Shown here: positions 9,656 through 21,032 of the stretch, piece by piece
How the letters are laid out: each line of letters starts with the position of its first letter
Position numbering within the stretch: the stretch's first letter is position 1
Source: Andalucia godoyi And28
Taxonomy: Eukaryota; Protista; Jakobida
Assembly (NCBI GenBank): GCA_009859145.1
Contig: VRVR01000026.1
Span: 262,707 to 326,706, forward strand
DNA: 64,000 bases
Reading direction: 5' to 3'
The notes under the pieces: model-generated
What the model saw: the letters and a program-made list of their open reading frames with translations, nothing else
Databases searched by the model: none
Told to the model about the DNA's origin: nothing
Program-made: the position numbers and the translations under genes

Positions 9656-12197
9656 CTATGAAGCTGGCGAATCACCAGCGACTTCCTCCTCCTTGAAGAG
9701 AAGCTTCACAGACGGAAGAATTAGAGGCAGGACAGCGGCATCTTTGAAGCGGATGCGCATCAGGTCAAATGCAATGCAGGTGCACTCCTTGTAGGACTCG
9801 TCGAATGCGGGGATCTTTGGATACCGCTGACTGAAATGAGTCAGCACAGTCCGCCAAGCATGCATTTCGGAGCCGACCGAAACGGCTTCCCCAGTGGTGG
9901 AATGATTCTTGGCCAGAGCTTCTTCGAGCAACGCGTCTTCAAATGTCGCTTCATGCACACAAAAGGTTGCGTTCATCCCCGCAGTCACCAATCGGTGGCA
10001 TGGCCGCGTGTCTCCCGAGTAGACAAGCTTCCATCCGTCACGATGTTCCAAGATGAGGCCGTATGCATCGCGACAGTGAAAGACCGGGACATTTGCGACA
10101 CGCGTGAGGCCAAACTTGTCCAAAAAGAAGCGAGTATGCAGCGGCTCGGGACTATGTGTCGAGCCAGGCGGCGTAATCTGATCGCATGCCAGGAACTGAT
10201 ACGGAATTCGTTGCGACGCATTCATGAATTCGTCCAACCACTTTTTGAGGAAGGAGGGGCCAATGACGAAGATTGGGTTGCGGTCACCAGCTGCGGATCC
10301 CAGCAGTTCATGACGGACAAACATGAAGTGCACGAGTCCGATGTGGTGGTCGCCGTGCATGTGCGAAATCCACACAGCATCCGTGTGGGAAATGACCTCG
10401 TCTGCATTCTTGCCATACAGTCGACGAATTTGGTAGATGGATGCTTCTCCCGAATCGATCAGCAAGTTCGCAGACAGATTGTCGAAGCAGAGCATGATCC
10501 CTGATACATTCCGGTACTTGGACGGCATTGCAGAGCCTGTTCCGAGAAAAACCAATTCCGCATCTCGGCTGGTCCCCGAAATGGAATTGGGAAGCACATT
10601 CGATGCCATGTAGTCAAGCATGCTGGATTTCATTATCGATATGGAAGGCGACAAGTCCGGTATCTTGGACTGGATTTGCTGAACGTATTCTGCATATGAC
10701 AGCGGTACCGCACAAGTCGACGCATCAAACCCGGACGGGCGAAGCGGGGCCAGGTGGTACGTCAGCATGCAGTCACCGCGGCATACCTTTCCAGAAACTA
10801 GTTTTCCAAAAACGTCATTAAAAAAAAAAAGTCAGTATGTTCAACAAACCCGAACGCAACAAGATGTTTAGAAGATGATGACACACAAAAAAGAAGCAAA
10901 ACGAAAGAGACATGCAATTGAGTTCCGAGGTTGGGATCATGAGATCCGAGAGATGCCCGTTGACATAGAGGTGATCTTCAAAAGGGAAATACTGCGGACA
11001 CACATAGTTGAGCAGTGCCTGCGCCTTGACGGATGATACGTACGGATGATTGTATCTTGTGAACGACGAAGCTGTGATGATATGGCTTGCATCGGGACCA
11101 AATGCCGAAGCAAATCGCACGTAGGTGGGATGTGTCAGAACGTTTTCCGGGGCAGCATGAACCATTACGACACGAGATGGATTCATGCAATCGGCGCAAT
11201 GTGGATGATACCTGCTCCACACAGACTTCTCAACCAGCACATTCATGTGCTCTACTGTTGGGCAGTCCACCAAGATGATGACAGGCCCTGGAGTTGGTGG
11301 GCCGATGACATCACACGGAGCAATGATGCGCCCATCTTCCAACGTAATCGACTCGCCTTTCGTTAACTTTCCGTACGACGGACCCTTTGGTACACCAAGC
11401 CTTGCGGCTTTGACTGCGTCAAACTTGCCTGGAACGTCCACCAAATGAACAATGTACGTCAACACAACGTCATTAGATCCAGGTGAATACGAGTCGAATC
11501 CAAGGTTTCCGACTACGCTGTCCAATATCTGATCTTCCAATGTGTGGTCTTGCATACCTTCCGGCCGACACATTTCCTCTTCTTGCCCCATCTGATCGTC
11601 ATCACCAACTTCGCCATCTTGTAGACTCGTTTCGGAAAAGCTGCAAATTCGCCGATCTGCAACATCAGCCAGCTTGGCAGCCGCAGAAAACAAGACTGTC
11701 TTCAGCGACGGGAATCGGATGTTTTCATTGCGTGCAGATGCTCCATCGTCCCTGTCGGTGACGACGGTTCTGGAGGACCAGGACGACACACTGAGCACCG
11801 TTATGCGCTCATCCTTGAAAATCGGCTTTTGAAAATCCACAAAGTCACAGCAATCGGCAATGCAGTGTGCACCAAACGACAATAAGTTTCTGTGAATGAA
11901 GTACCGAGTCGCAGAGAGCATGTGCGCGATGTTTTGCGGTCCGTGGATCATAAGGTCCAAAGGACCATGTGTTGACATTGTAAGCAGCAGTCCTGGAAGC
12001 CCGCCCAACCGCTTCGGATGGATTTGCGATACAAAAATGTTCTTCACCACAGAAGACATCTTCACCCGCATCTCATTGATGATCCGCTGGCAACCTTCGC
12101 CAACATTGAACAAGTATCTTTGGTCGTCGAAAAAGAGCAGAATCGACTGTCCCGAAATCTCGCCCTCAGGCGCCAACACCTGCAACAAACACTTCAT
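9656..12197 (-). CDS. ELAC2: tRNase Z long form (ELAC2/Trz1), 2 exons: 12197-10916 and 10797-9656, about 807 aa
   Basis: YLFNVGEGCQR N-terminal motif, flexible arm (GVPKGPSYGKL), GTGSAMPSKYRNVSG, SHMHGDHH metal motif, HEATF, HST, THFSQRYP. Joining the exons restores the frame. Confidence 0.95.
10798..10915 (-). other. 118-bp intron with non-canonical GC-AG boundaries (donor GCATGT)
   Basis: Donor GCATGT is the GTATGT consensus with T>C at +2. TACTGAC branch-like site and CTAG acceptor. Phase 1 gives ...ELN-F-SGKVCRGDCMLTYHL. Confidence 0.7.
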
Positions 12198-12543
12198 TTA
12201 TATACAACAAGGAGTATATGCTGCCCCGTGCGCCGAAAAGATTCCCTAAACTACAAACTACGAGACAGAAATGAATAGCATTCCGCGAAGGAAAAAAAAA
12301 AAAAAAGACGACAACGACGACGATAACACCAACAGCAACAACAACAACAGCAAAAACAAAAAACACTGCAGCGAAAAAAAGGCTGGCAAATTTGAGCATT
12401 GTTGAAGGAAGTCAGCTGCCTAACGCTTTCGGTCCGTTTTTTCTTTTCTGTTGTTTATGATACATGTCAGGTCCATGGCGGTCCATGGGTCATGGAGCAT
12501 CCGCCACGGCCCACGACGGAGCCTCTGCGCGTCAGCAAGAATA

Positions 12544-14034
12544 TCAACAGGAGCCTAGTCTGGTAAGAAACAACGAGTTGGAGTATAACCAGTCTTCGGG
12601 CTGCCACTTGTCGACAGTTGCATCCGTTTCAAACGAGATTGTGGATCCTTCGTGGAGATCCACGACCTGGTTGAAGTGGATGGTCAGGTGAAAGTTGGAC
12701 CACGCATACTCTCCGCCGCCGTGTTTGAACCTTCTCTTTCCATCCACACACAAAAAGACATTTTCAGAAACGTCCACAAAGCGCAGCGAAGCATTCACAA
12801 GGTACCTTCCGCTCTTTTCTACAATGATCTTGCATCCATTGTCGCCAATGTCTACGAATGGTCTGAGAGAGTTCACCTTGCTTTGTTCGCCTTTGAGATC
12901 TGCGGCATCAACCTGGTCCCCGGCCGTGTCCTCTTCGTCTTGATCCGTCTGTTGATCATCATCATGATCGTCGTCGGACAGGTTTTGTGCAGAATCCACT
13001 TCTTCCGTTCCGCGGCCAGTTGCTCCTTGCTTGTCGTTAACCGTGGCGCCATTCCTTTCGTCGTCGTCATCGTCGTCGTCATCGTCATCCTCCTCGTCAT
13101 CGGGAGCCGTCTCATCAGGGTCGATCTTGTGTCTCCAGGTCCAAACACTCTTTGAGAACTTTCCGCACGGGACTCGCTGAAGTCCCTTTGGCGAAAATGA
13201 CACTGAGAGCACCGTCTGATCACTGACTTTGGACGATAACGCATCGACGAGTGCGGTGAGCTTCATGAGCTGGATTTCCTGTCTCTTCACAATTGCCTTC
13301 AAATCTGATTCCTCCTTTAGCAGCTCGTCCGTCACGCGTCGTACCTTGTCATCCTCTGCTCTGAACATCCTCAGATTTCGCACAATGTCAAGTCTCGGCA
13401 CAAACATAACTGCGTCCTTGTCTCTTCTGTCCTTATCCTTATCCTTTTCTTTCTCCTTGTCCTTTTTAGCACCTCCGGCAGTCGCACTCAGCCCATTCAG
13501 TGCCGCAATGTCAAGAGCTGCTTTCGTATCCGCATCAAAAAGAACCAGAGTCATTTTGTAGTCCGGATGTGACCGAGCTCGAGCGTCCGGGTTCGCAGAA
13601 ATGAGAAACAACAGTGCATCGCCAAGAATCGGAGTGTCATGCCACAGTTCGGCATGCGATCGTATTTGATCAATATTGCACGGCTCAATGTACTTCACCG
13701 TCATCTCAAGCTCCAACGACTGCGACTGAAGCACCTTGATTAGCGACGCAACAAGCTCGTCTTGTGCGAAACAGCCCTCAATAGGCGACGCAAACGACGA
13801 CGTCCGCTCATCCGCCACATCAAATGAATTCGAATAGGTAGTCCCAATAGTCTCATTGAACACCTGCATCGAAAACACTCCAGGAGACGACTGGTCAATC
13901 GTCCAATGAAGCAAATGCTGGTCGTCCGTCGTTAACGAGCCCGAAAACACGCCTCGAAGCGCAATTCCCCCACTCAGCGGACCCGATTCCACACCACTTC
14001 CAGACTTTTTATCCTTGTCGCGCGCCATATCCAC
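12544..14034 (-). CDS. Uncharacterised protein with coiled coil, acidic linker and C-terminal C1q/TNF-like beta-sandwich
   Basis: 496-aa ORF. C-terminal IIVEKSGRYLVNASLRF...VDGK...FNQVVDLHEGSTISF...NSLFLTRL pattern resembles a C1q fold. Confidence 0.65.
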   Translation of the reverse strand: MDMARDKDKKSGSGVESGPLSGGIALRGVFSGSLTTDDQHLLHWTIDQSSPGVFSMQVFNETIGTTYSNSFDVADERTSSFASPIEGCFAQDELVASLIKVLQSQSLELEMTVKYIEPCNIDQIRSHAELWHDTPILGDALLFLISANPDARARSHPDYKMTLVLFDADTKAALDIAALNGLSATAGGAKKDKEKEKDKDKDRRDKDAVMFVPRLDIVRNLRMFRAEDDKVRRVTDELLKEESDLKAIVKRQEIQLMKLTALVDALSSKVSDQTVLSVSFSPKGLQRVPCGKFSKSVWTWRHKIDPDETAPDDEEDDDDDDDDDDERNGATVNDKQGATGRGTEEVDSAQNLSDDDHDDDQQTDQDEEDTAGDQVDAADLKGEQSKVNSLRPFVDIGDNGCKIIVEKSGRYLVNASLRFVDVSENVFLCVDGKRRFKHGGGEYAWSNFHLTIHFNQVVDLHEGSTISFETDATVDKWQPEDWLYSNSLFLTRLGSC

Positions 14035-14424
14035 CTGTCCCGACCTCTATTCTTTATAGTCACCAAAACCAAAAATAGTATTTAAAAAATAAAAAATTAT
14101 AATAACAATATAAAAACGTAACAAAGTACTTAAACACAAAAACGAAAATCGTAGAACGACTAGGAAAAACCAGAAGAAGTGGACAGAAAACAAAGCTGGC
14201 CGTTGGGGGGTCGTGGACTACAGTCGCTGCAAGAACTTGAGGGCAGTGTGTGAGTCGTCGATGGCGGGTCAATGGGAGGTAGGGTTTTCTTTTCTCTCTT
14301 TTATGTTTTCGTTTTTGTTTTGTGCTTCGCCCCGTCCGAAGGAGACTTGTTTGATGCTTATGGACAGAGCAAAGGGTTCGGCTAGGATTAGCAAGAGCTA
14401 GGGGTTTTGGGGCTCGGGGTGTGT

Positions 14425-16106
14425 ATGGGAATGGTGACTGCGCTGTGGATTGAGAGTGCTACGGTGTTTGTCGTGCTTGCCGCGTGTTTCGTCGGACATT
14501 CCGAGAATGTGTGGATTTTTCCGGGATTGATGCTAGCGACTGTGTACTGCCATGCACTGGACACATCGTACGTCCCGCGGAGCAGTGGCTTACGAACGGC
14601 GACTCGGGGCGGGGCGTCCCATGGGTTTGTGGTTGCCGGACTTTGCGTCCCGTGTGTATACCTCGCGATGTATTTACAGTCAGCGGCAAGAATACGGTCG
14701 ATTGCGTGGACGAACTTTTGCCTGACGTCCTTGGAGTTCACGACGTTCTTGATTCTTGTTCCTCGCAAGCGGTCGTTGGTTACATCATCCTTGGCTATTG
14801 CAGGAGTGTTGTTTGCAGTGAGCGTTGTTCTCGGCTTTCTGCTTTTCCACTTTAGGATTGTTCCGTTTGCTGTGTCGTTGGTGTCGTTTTATTGGCTGTT
14901 TAATGCACTGCTGGAGAAGCACGCTCGCAACTTTTCGGTCGGCGAGCTTGTAATCGTGTGCCAGTTGATCTCAATTGTTTGCGGAGACTTTACAATCTTG
15001 GTTGTGTCGAAATGGATCGGCCCGATCTTGAGTCCGTATCTGCTCGGCTCCGTCACCGCACGATGCTTCCTCGTTGCAGCAGTCCTGGGCGTGCCGTTTT
15101 CTGCACTTGTCGCAAAGTCAGTTGTCCGAGTGAGCGGCAACAGACAATCTCTCGGGCTCTATGCCGCGGCTTTCGTCACGGTTCTTGCAGGAATCGTCCT
15201 CAGTTGGATGGCCTGGATCTTGAATACGCATCCTGTGCGATAGTATGTCCTTTTTTAATAATCATAGTTATTTATAATTCTTCGCTCGTCTTCTGTCGTT
15301 TCATCGTCTTCATTGTCCCTCTCCCAATCTTAATGAATTTCCTGTTTTTGCTCATCGTTTTGAATTCGTTTGGAAACAACAACAACTACAACGACGAGAA
15401 AAACAGTGTACTCTTGCGATTCGTCTCGATTCCGGATGTTCCGTTTCTAGTACTGTACTGGGGCGCGATGGGCGGCGTGTGCGTTGCAGCAGCCTATTTT
15501 TTACGGAGCGCAATACCGCTGATTCTTGTTCGCAAACTGTTCCACTTTCTGTCGCTGCTGCTTTTCATACCCGGATTCTTTGTGGATGTTAATTTCATGT
15601 CGATCAGCTTTTCATCGGCGCTTGGCCTGTTCTTGCTGATTGAGTGCACGCCAGAGGAACTTATTCAGCCGCTGCGGCTGTTCATGCGAGCGTTCATTGA
15701 CGAGCGCGATTCCTCTGGCAGGCTGGTGCTTACACACATCTACCTGTTGTTTGGCTGTGCGTGTAGTGTTTTCTTGCACGGAGACAATCGCGGAAACCGC
15801 CTTGTCCTGTATGGTGGCCTCATTTCACTGGGTGTCGGGGATACATGCGCGTGCTTGGTTGGAAAGCTGGCTGGGCGCCGTCGTCTTTTTGGCAGTTCCA
15901 AAACAGCAGAAGGTCTCCTCGCGAATGTCATTTCTTGTATCATTGCGTACTCGCTGTTGTGGATTTGGACGAGTGACTTGATGTCAACGTCGCGCCTTTT
16001 GATTGCGTGTGTTTCTCTTGGCATGTTGGAGGCCGCAGTTCCACATCTCGACAACCTGGTGCTTCCACTGTTCGCCCACCTCCTGCTCACCATGGCTACT
16101 CTCTAG
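14425..16106 (+). CDS. DOLK: Dolichol kinase, 2 exons (intron 15243-15406)
   Basis: Multi-TM protein with RKLFH, FIDERDS...VLTHIYLLFGC and GLISLGVGDTCACLVG...FGSSKTAEG (CTP-binding) motifs. The GTATGT...AACAG intron joins the two ORFs in frame. Confidence 0.9.
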
Positions 16107-16359
16107 ACGGATGAGGAAAAACCCTTGCAGATGCAGCCTGCTTCCTCCCTGCCTTCCATTCTTCGTAGCAACTCGAATCTGCCTTCCTGTATTGCAGTTT
16201 TTTTTTTTTTTTGTTGATTTTGATTATATTTTCTTCGTTTTTAATACGTATCCAACGGGGGAGGGGGACCAAGAAACTGTACATTGCCTAATCGCCTTTT
16301 TTCTTTCATTCGGCAGCCCCTTCTTCTCGCTTTGACTGTATAGTAAATCATCACGGAAG

Positions 16360-17706
16360 CTAAATGGTTCCTGCAAGAAGCTGCTTTTGCGTCGGAATCG
16401 CTTCAAACGAGTCTTTCTCTTCTTCCTCTTCCTCCTCTTCTTTCTCTTGTTGTTGTTGTTGCTGTTCCCGGCGATCCGTTTCGGATGGTTGCACCGACTC
16501 TGTTTTAGGATCTCTGGTACGGACTGCCCGAGCTTGCCACGACGCCTGCTGTCGGTAGCAAAGCAGCGTCACAGCCGCCTTCCAGAGTTCACTGGCCAGC
16601 GCATCCAGTCGATCACGAAGAATCTCGTGTTCTTCTTCTTTGGCGATTTGTTGCAGAGTCTGATTCTGGTCAAAGACCAACATGCGGTTTCGATACTCAG
16701 CAGCCCGCGGATGCTCTTCTGTCCAAATGCCGGTTTTCAAGTTCAGAAACACCTGGATGAGCCGTGTTCTGCTTTTCGGGTCCGGGATCTGGTGAAGCAC
16801 CGTGAACCGTGGCAGGCTTTTTGCAGAAAGGATCTCGACGTTCATCTTTTGTTGAAACTGCTCAAGATCGGCAGCCTGCTGGCGAAGCCATTCCTGGTGC
16901 TTGATTTCAAGCGACTCACTGCTGCGCATGATTTCATACTGCTGTGCAAAAAAGAACCTTTCTGACGCTGTGTGGCTCTTGTGCAGCCTTCGCTGACGAA
17001 TCCATTCTCCCAACATCCTCTTCTTGCGAAGCGCCGGGGCCATGACTCTGCGGACGACGAGGCCTCTCCATCGGGCCTGAAACCGGATGACTGCACCAAT
17101 CGACAGCATGCGAACCTTCTTCAGCATTTCGTCTTCTTGTTCCATTCGAAGTCTGAGCTGCCGCGCCTTCTCCTTCTTCACTGGGGAGAACCTCCCGAGA
17201 ACTGTTTCCCAAGAGGTGTGAAAGCACTTTCTGGAATCGAGCATGAGCGCCTCAAGATCTGTCAGACACAGCACGTTTTCTCTTATACTCCTGATTGTCA
17301 TTTTCATCATGTTCTGCTGACGTGTTCGCTGCTCCATTTCCGGTCCCGGTAGACCTGCTGATTCTGTGAAACACAGAGGACGCCCTTTCCCAGCAGACGC
17401 CGGCGACGATGAGGGTGCTGTTGGGGCTGCTGCTGCTTGGTGGCTGTTTTGCGGTACCCAGTATTGTGTCTGGATAAAAACGCCAAGCTGCAAGCTTTTT
17501 TGTGGAAACAGACTTGCGAGGCTTTCCAAGATGGCAGTTTCTCGTGCAACTCGCAGCTCCTCCTTTGATAAGAGCTCGTTTAGGTGTTTCGCCAAAAAAG
17601 CGCTGGTCGGCTTTCCATCCATCGCACCCAAGGACGCGGATTCAAGCTGGCGAATCACCACCGTTCGCATTGCCTGGTCGAGCAGGGCTCCTACTGCTGG
17701 ATTCAT
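16360..17706 (-). CDS. IQ-motif and coiled-coil protein with WW-like segment
   Basis: AVIRFQARWRGLVVRR (IQ) and VFLNLKTGIWTEEHP (WW-like C-half). First ATG at 17706; the ORF-track start is TTG. Confidence 0.7.
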   Translation of the reverse strand: MNPAVGALLDQAMRTVVIRQLESASLGAMDGKPTSAFLAKHLNELLSKEELRVARETAILESLASLFPQKSLQLGVFIQTQYWVPQNSHQAAAAPTAPSSSPASAGKGRPLCFTESAGLPGPEMEQRTRQQNMMKMTIRSIRENVLCLTDLEALMLDSRKCFHTSWETVLGRFSPVKKEKARQLRLRMEQEDEMLKKVRMLSIGAVIRFQARWRGLVVRRVMAPALRKKRMLGEWIRQRRLHKSHTASERFFFAQQYEIMRSSESLEIKHQEWLRQQAADLEQFQQKMNVEILSAKSLPRFTVLHQIPDPKSRTRLIQVFLNLKTGIWTEEHPRAAEYRNRMLVFDQNQTLQQIAKEEEHEILRDRLDALASELWKAAVTLLCYRQQASWQARAVRTRDPKTESVQPSETDRREQQQQQQEKEEEEEEEEKDSFEAIPTQKQLLAGTI

Positions 17707-18036
17707 CTGCACACAGAGAGTGGCGCGCTCCCCACGACCCAAAAAAGCGTCGCCACAAAACAGCAGGACTTGGGGAATGTCGGCAAGTGGTCCAGCACCG
17801 AAACAGAATGTACCGGTATATCCCGATTATCCCTTCTTCTACAATCGTCACGATATGGTCTCCTGCTGTCCGTGTAGAAGATCTTTGAAATAAGCACGTT
17901 CGTTGTTGTGGTGGTGGCGGAAGAAGAAGAAGAAAGAAAGAAAGAAAGAAGAAAAAAGAAGTAGAGAGTACGAGTGACTTCATGATTCGAAATGTACAGT
18001 GTGAGCGGCATCGGTTACGAAGGGAAATTGGGTGCG

Positions 18037-18873
18037 CTAGCCGTCGTTTGTTTGGTTCGGCAGGATGCCTCCCCGAGCGCTGAGCCGTGCAGGCGCTGCA
18101 GCGGCATTCGATTTCTGCAGCGTTGTTCTGCTCGATGAGATTTCCCCGATGATTCTCGCCCTTGCAGCCGCAGTACGCTCTTCGGCCTCTCGGTCACCGT
18201 CGACACGACCCCGTTTCCCTTGTTGTCCCATATTTTCAAGCATGACGAACGCGACGAGCGCTAGCACAACCGTGATGATCGCAAGTCCTGATGCCAGCAC
18301 CTCGAGGATCCATCCGTAAGAAGGGCCCCATGTTTCTTCGACTCCGCCAAGCGTCTCGGACCCTGTAAACGCAAACTCCTCGCACGGACCCGAGGCTACC
18401 GGAATCGTTGCGCATATGACCAAGTGCACAAACGACGATAGGAACCGTGCCCATGCAGCAACCAGCAGGAAAAACGCCAGGAGAAAGAACGACGCGAAGC
18501 ACAACACCCACGTCTCCATCTTCAGTCCTTGGAACCGTGCCTGCAGCTCTCGAAGGACCTTGTAGCTGATCCCGACAAGCACCAACCCTATGAGACTCAG
18601 CGCAAACCCCGATCTTGCGAGACCCTGGACGTGCTGTAACTCAGCCTCTGCTCGCGCAGGCACCTCCGACATGTTTGCATACTCGTGCGTCTCGCAACCC
18701 ACATTTTCCACACACGTCGACTGTTTCTCGAGTGTGTACGTATGCGTCGTCGTCCCTCTCTTATAAACGAACCACGGCGTGCTGGAGCTCATCGCCACCG
18801 CGGAAAGACCGCTGATCGCTGCAGACATGACCAGGATCATCGCCGTAACGACCCGCACCACTTTAGTCTTCAT
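18037..18873 (-). CDS. Claudin/PMP22-like four-TM membrane protein
   Basis: 278 aa. TM1 followed by W and a Cys pair in the first loop, three further TMs, and WGPSYGWIL before TM4. Confidence 0.65.
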   Translation of the reverse strand: MKTKVVRVVTAMILVMSAAISGLSAVAMSSSTPWFVYKRGTTTHTYTLEKQSTCVENVGCETHEYANMSEVPARAEAELQHVQGLARSGFALSLIGLVLVGISYKVLRELQARFQGLKMETWVLCFASFFLLAFFLLVAAWARFLSSFVHLVICATIPVASGPCEEFAFTGSETLGGVEETWGPSYGWILEVLASGLAIITVVLALVAFVMLENMGQQGKRGRVDGDREAEERTAAARARIIGEISSSRTTLQKSNAAAAPARLSARGGILPNQTNDG

Positions 18874-19463
18874 TCCTTTGACACGGATTCCCCAGTCTCC
18901 TCTTCTCTATCTCTATCGTTATCTTTATCTGTATACTCTTTCATCACAGTATGAACCGTAATGATACGCGAATGCTTCGCTTTCCTCTTTTATTTCAGAC
19001 TGCTGCTGAGCTGCGTAATCCCCTTTTGTTTTGGGGGGAGTTTGACAATGAAAACCGCTGTAGATGCAGCACACGCCCTCCTTTCATGCAGCTGCGGCTT
19101 GAGGCTAGCGGCTTGAGTCTGCGTCGTACTTCCAGTTCGGCACCCCGTAGTGGACGTCGACAAAGACGAACCACACGAATTCCCGCTTTCCTCAAAGGCC
19201 GCCTATATTCGTCCTTCCACACACACACACACATACACACACAGATACATGTCCATGCTTATTTATTTGTGCATAAGCTCTTGCTTTTTGATTTTAAATC
19301 CTTTAAATCCTTCTTTTTCTTCTCCCGTGCTGAAAAAAGGCTCCGTTTCAAAGCATACACGCAGAGAAAAGAAGAGAAAATAAGAGAAGAGAGAAGACAG
19401 ACACATACACACACACACACACACACATACATACAGAGCGTGTGTGCACGTTGACTGTAGAAG

Positions 19464-20636
19464 ATGACGTCTACGGCTGCCTGCGAGAGTGGAGCAGGCC
19501 CGTCGATATGGCGGATATTCAAACACACGTGTTTACAGTCGCTGTCGATTTTGTTTCATTCTTCGGTTTCGAGTGCGTTTGAGCGCGTCGTTCTTGTTGG
19601 GCTTCACTGGATTGCGATCTTGTCGTACTGGAGAGGGTATTTCCGCCCACTGACGACCAGGAGGCTTGCGGCGTGTGATTCTGTGAAGAAGGCGCTGTGT
19701 TGTGCTTGTGACGAAAAGCATGCTCCTGCTGCGTTGTTAGGTCGCGATGTCGTGACGGAGGAACAGGAGTGCAGTCCAAAGAAGTGTGGGGAAAAAAAGA
19801 AGCCGGTTGTGGCAGTGTGCATCCCAGTGTATCTGCGGTGCACTGAAGATGCAGATCAGCTGCGACGACTGGTGCGGTCGATCGTGTTGCAGAATGTCAC
19901 TCCGGATGCGATTGTCATTGTCGATGATGGATCGCCGATTGCATTTCCGGACAGTTTGGATCACGTCAAACACGAGTTTGGTGCATCGACGTGTGTGATC
20001 CATGTCGAGCGCCTGGCTGCGAACTGCGGGCCGGCGTTCGCTCGGAATGTTGCAGTGGACATTTCGCTGCGGCGGTTCGATCCGGACTTCATTGCGTTCA
20101 CAGACAGCGACTGCATTGCAGATTGTAGCTGGATCCAAAATGCCGTTCGCCGTCTGCAGGCGGACTCCTCCACGGATCTGCTGAGTGGAAGGACGTACAG
20201 TTTTGACTGCTCGCTTGCGTTTCTTGGATACTATGTTGGCAGATACCACGACTGCATGGGGACACTGAACGGCCGCAGAATCGTCAGAGAAAAGGCGGTC
20301 AACGCAGAGTACGAATTGTTGTTCGCACCTACTTGCAATCTTTTTGTGCGAGCTGGCGTGTTTGAGCAGGTGCGCTTCTCCGACGCATTTCCGACGTCCG
20401 CGTACGAGGATGTGGACTTTTCGCTCGTGTGTAGGTCGAAGGGACTGTCAATTGGACTTGACCCCAATGTGATCATTTTTCACGATTACTGCGGACGGTC
20501 GGAGGACTCCATGGAAATACTCACCAAGTTCCGAAACCAGTTCCGCAAGTACGGCCAGTCTGCTCCACTCTGCGCCCAGCTTCATCCCGAATTTCAACAG
20601 TGGTTTGCCGTCTCAAAGTCTGTTCCTGCTCTTTGA
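19464..20636 (+). CDS. Glycosyltransferase family 2 (GT-A fold)
   Basis: IVIVDDGSP, NCGPAFARN, IAFTDSD (DxD), TCNLFVR and AYEDVDF motifs. Confidence 0.9.
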   Translation: MTSTAACESGAGPSIWRIFKHTCLQSLSILFHSSVSSAFERVVLVGLHWIAILSYWRGYFRPLTTRRLAACDSVKKALCCACDEKHAPAALLGRDVVTEEQECSPKKCGEKKKPVVAVCIPVYLRCTEDADQLRRLVRSIVLQNVTPDAIVIVDDGSPIAFPDSLDHVKHEFGASTCVIHVERLAANCGPAFARNVAVDISLRRFDPDFIAFTDSDCIADCSWIQNAVRRLQADSSTDLLSGRTYSFDCSLAFLGYYVGRYHDCMGTLNGRRIVREKAVNAEYELLFAPTCNLFVRAGVFEQVRFSDAFPTSAYEDVDFSLVCRSKGLSIGLDPNVIIFHDYCGRSEDSMEILTKFRNQFRKYGQSAPLCAQLHPEFQQWFAVSKSVPAL

Positions 20637-21032
20637 ACCGTCGGTGGACAAACATGATGCAACGCCCCGTCAATATGTATGCACAGACTGCATTGCGCCG
20701 CTTATCCTCCGTTTCCGTTTCCGCCCCTCCCTTTCCTGCGTGGTCGTCTAAATGGGCTGGAAATGCGTGCTTTCGCACAATTTACACAATTTTGTTATAC
20801 TCTAAGGGGAACAGAGGGAAAGAAAGCCTGCTGCTGCGGATGCAACAGGCATCCTGGAGCAACGCGGGAAAAAAAGAGACACATTCGTCCACGGCAAAAA
20901 CACAGTACGATAAATAAAACCATAATATACAGCAAGCAGGAAACAAGGAAAAACAACAGAAACAAAGGAAAAAGGAATAAATAATGCCACCAAACAATAA
21001 TAAATAAACAGAAAGAAAGAGAACAAAAGGAG

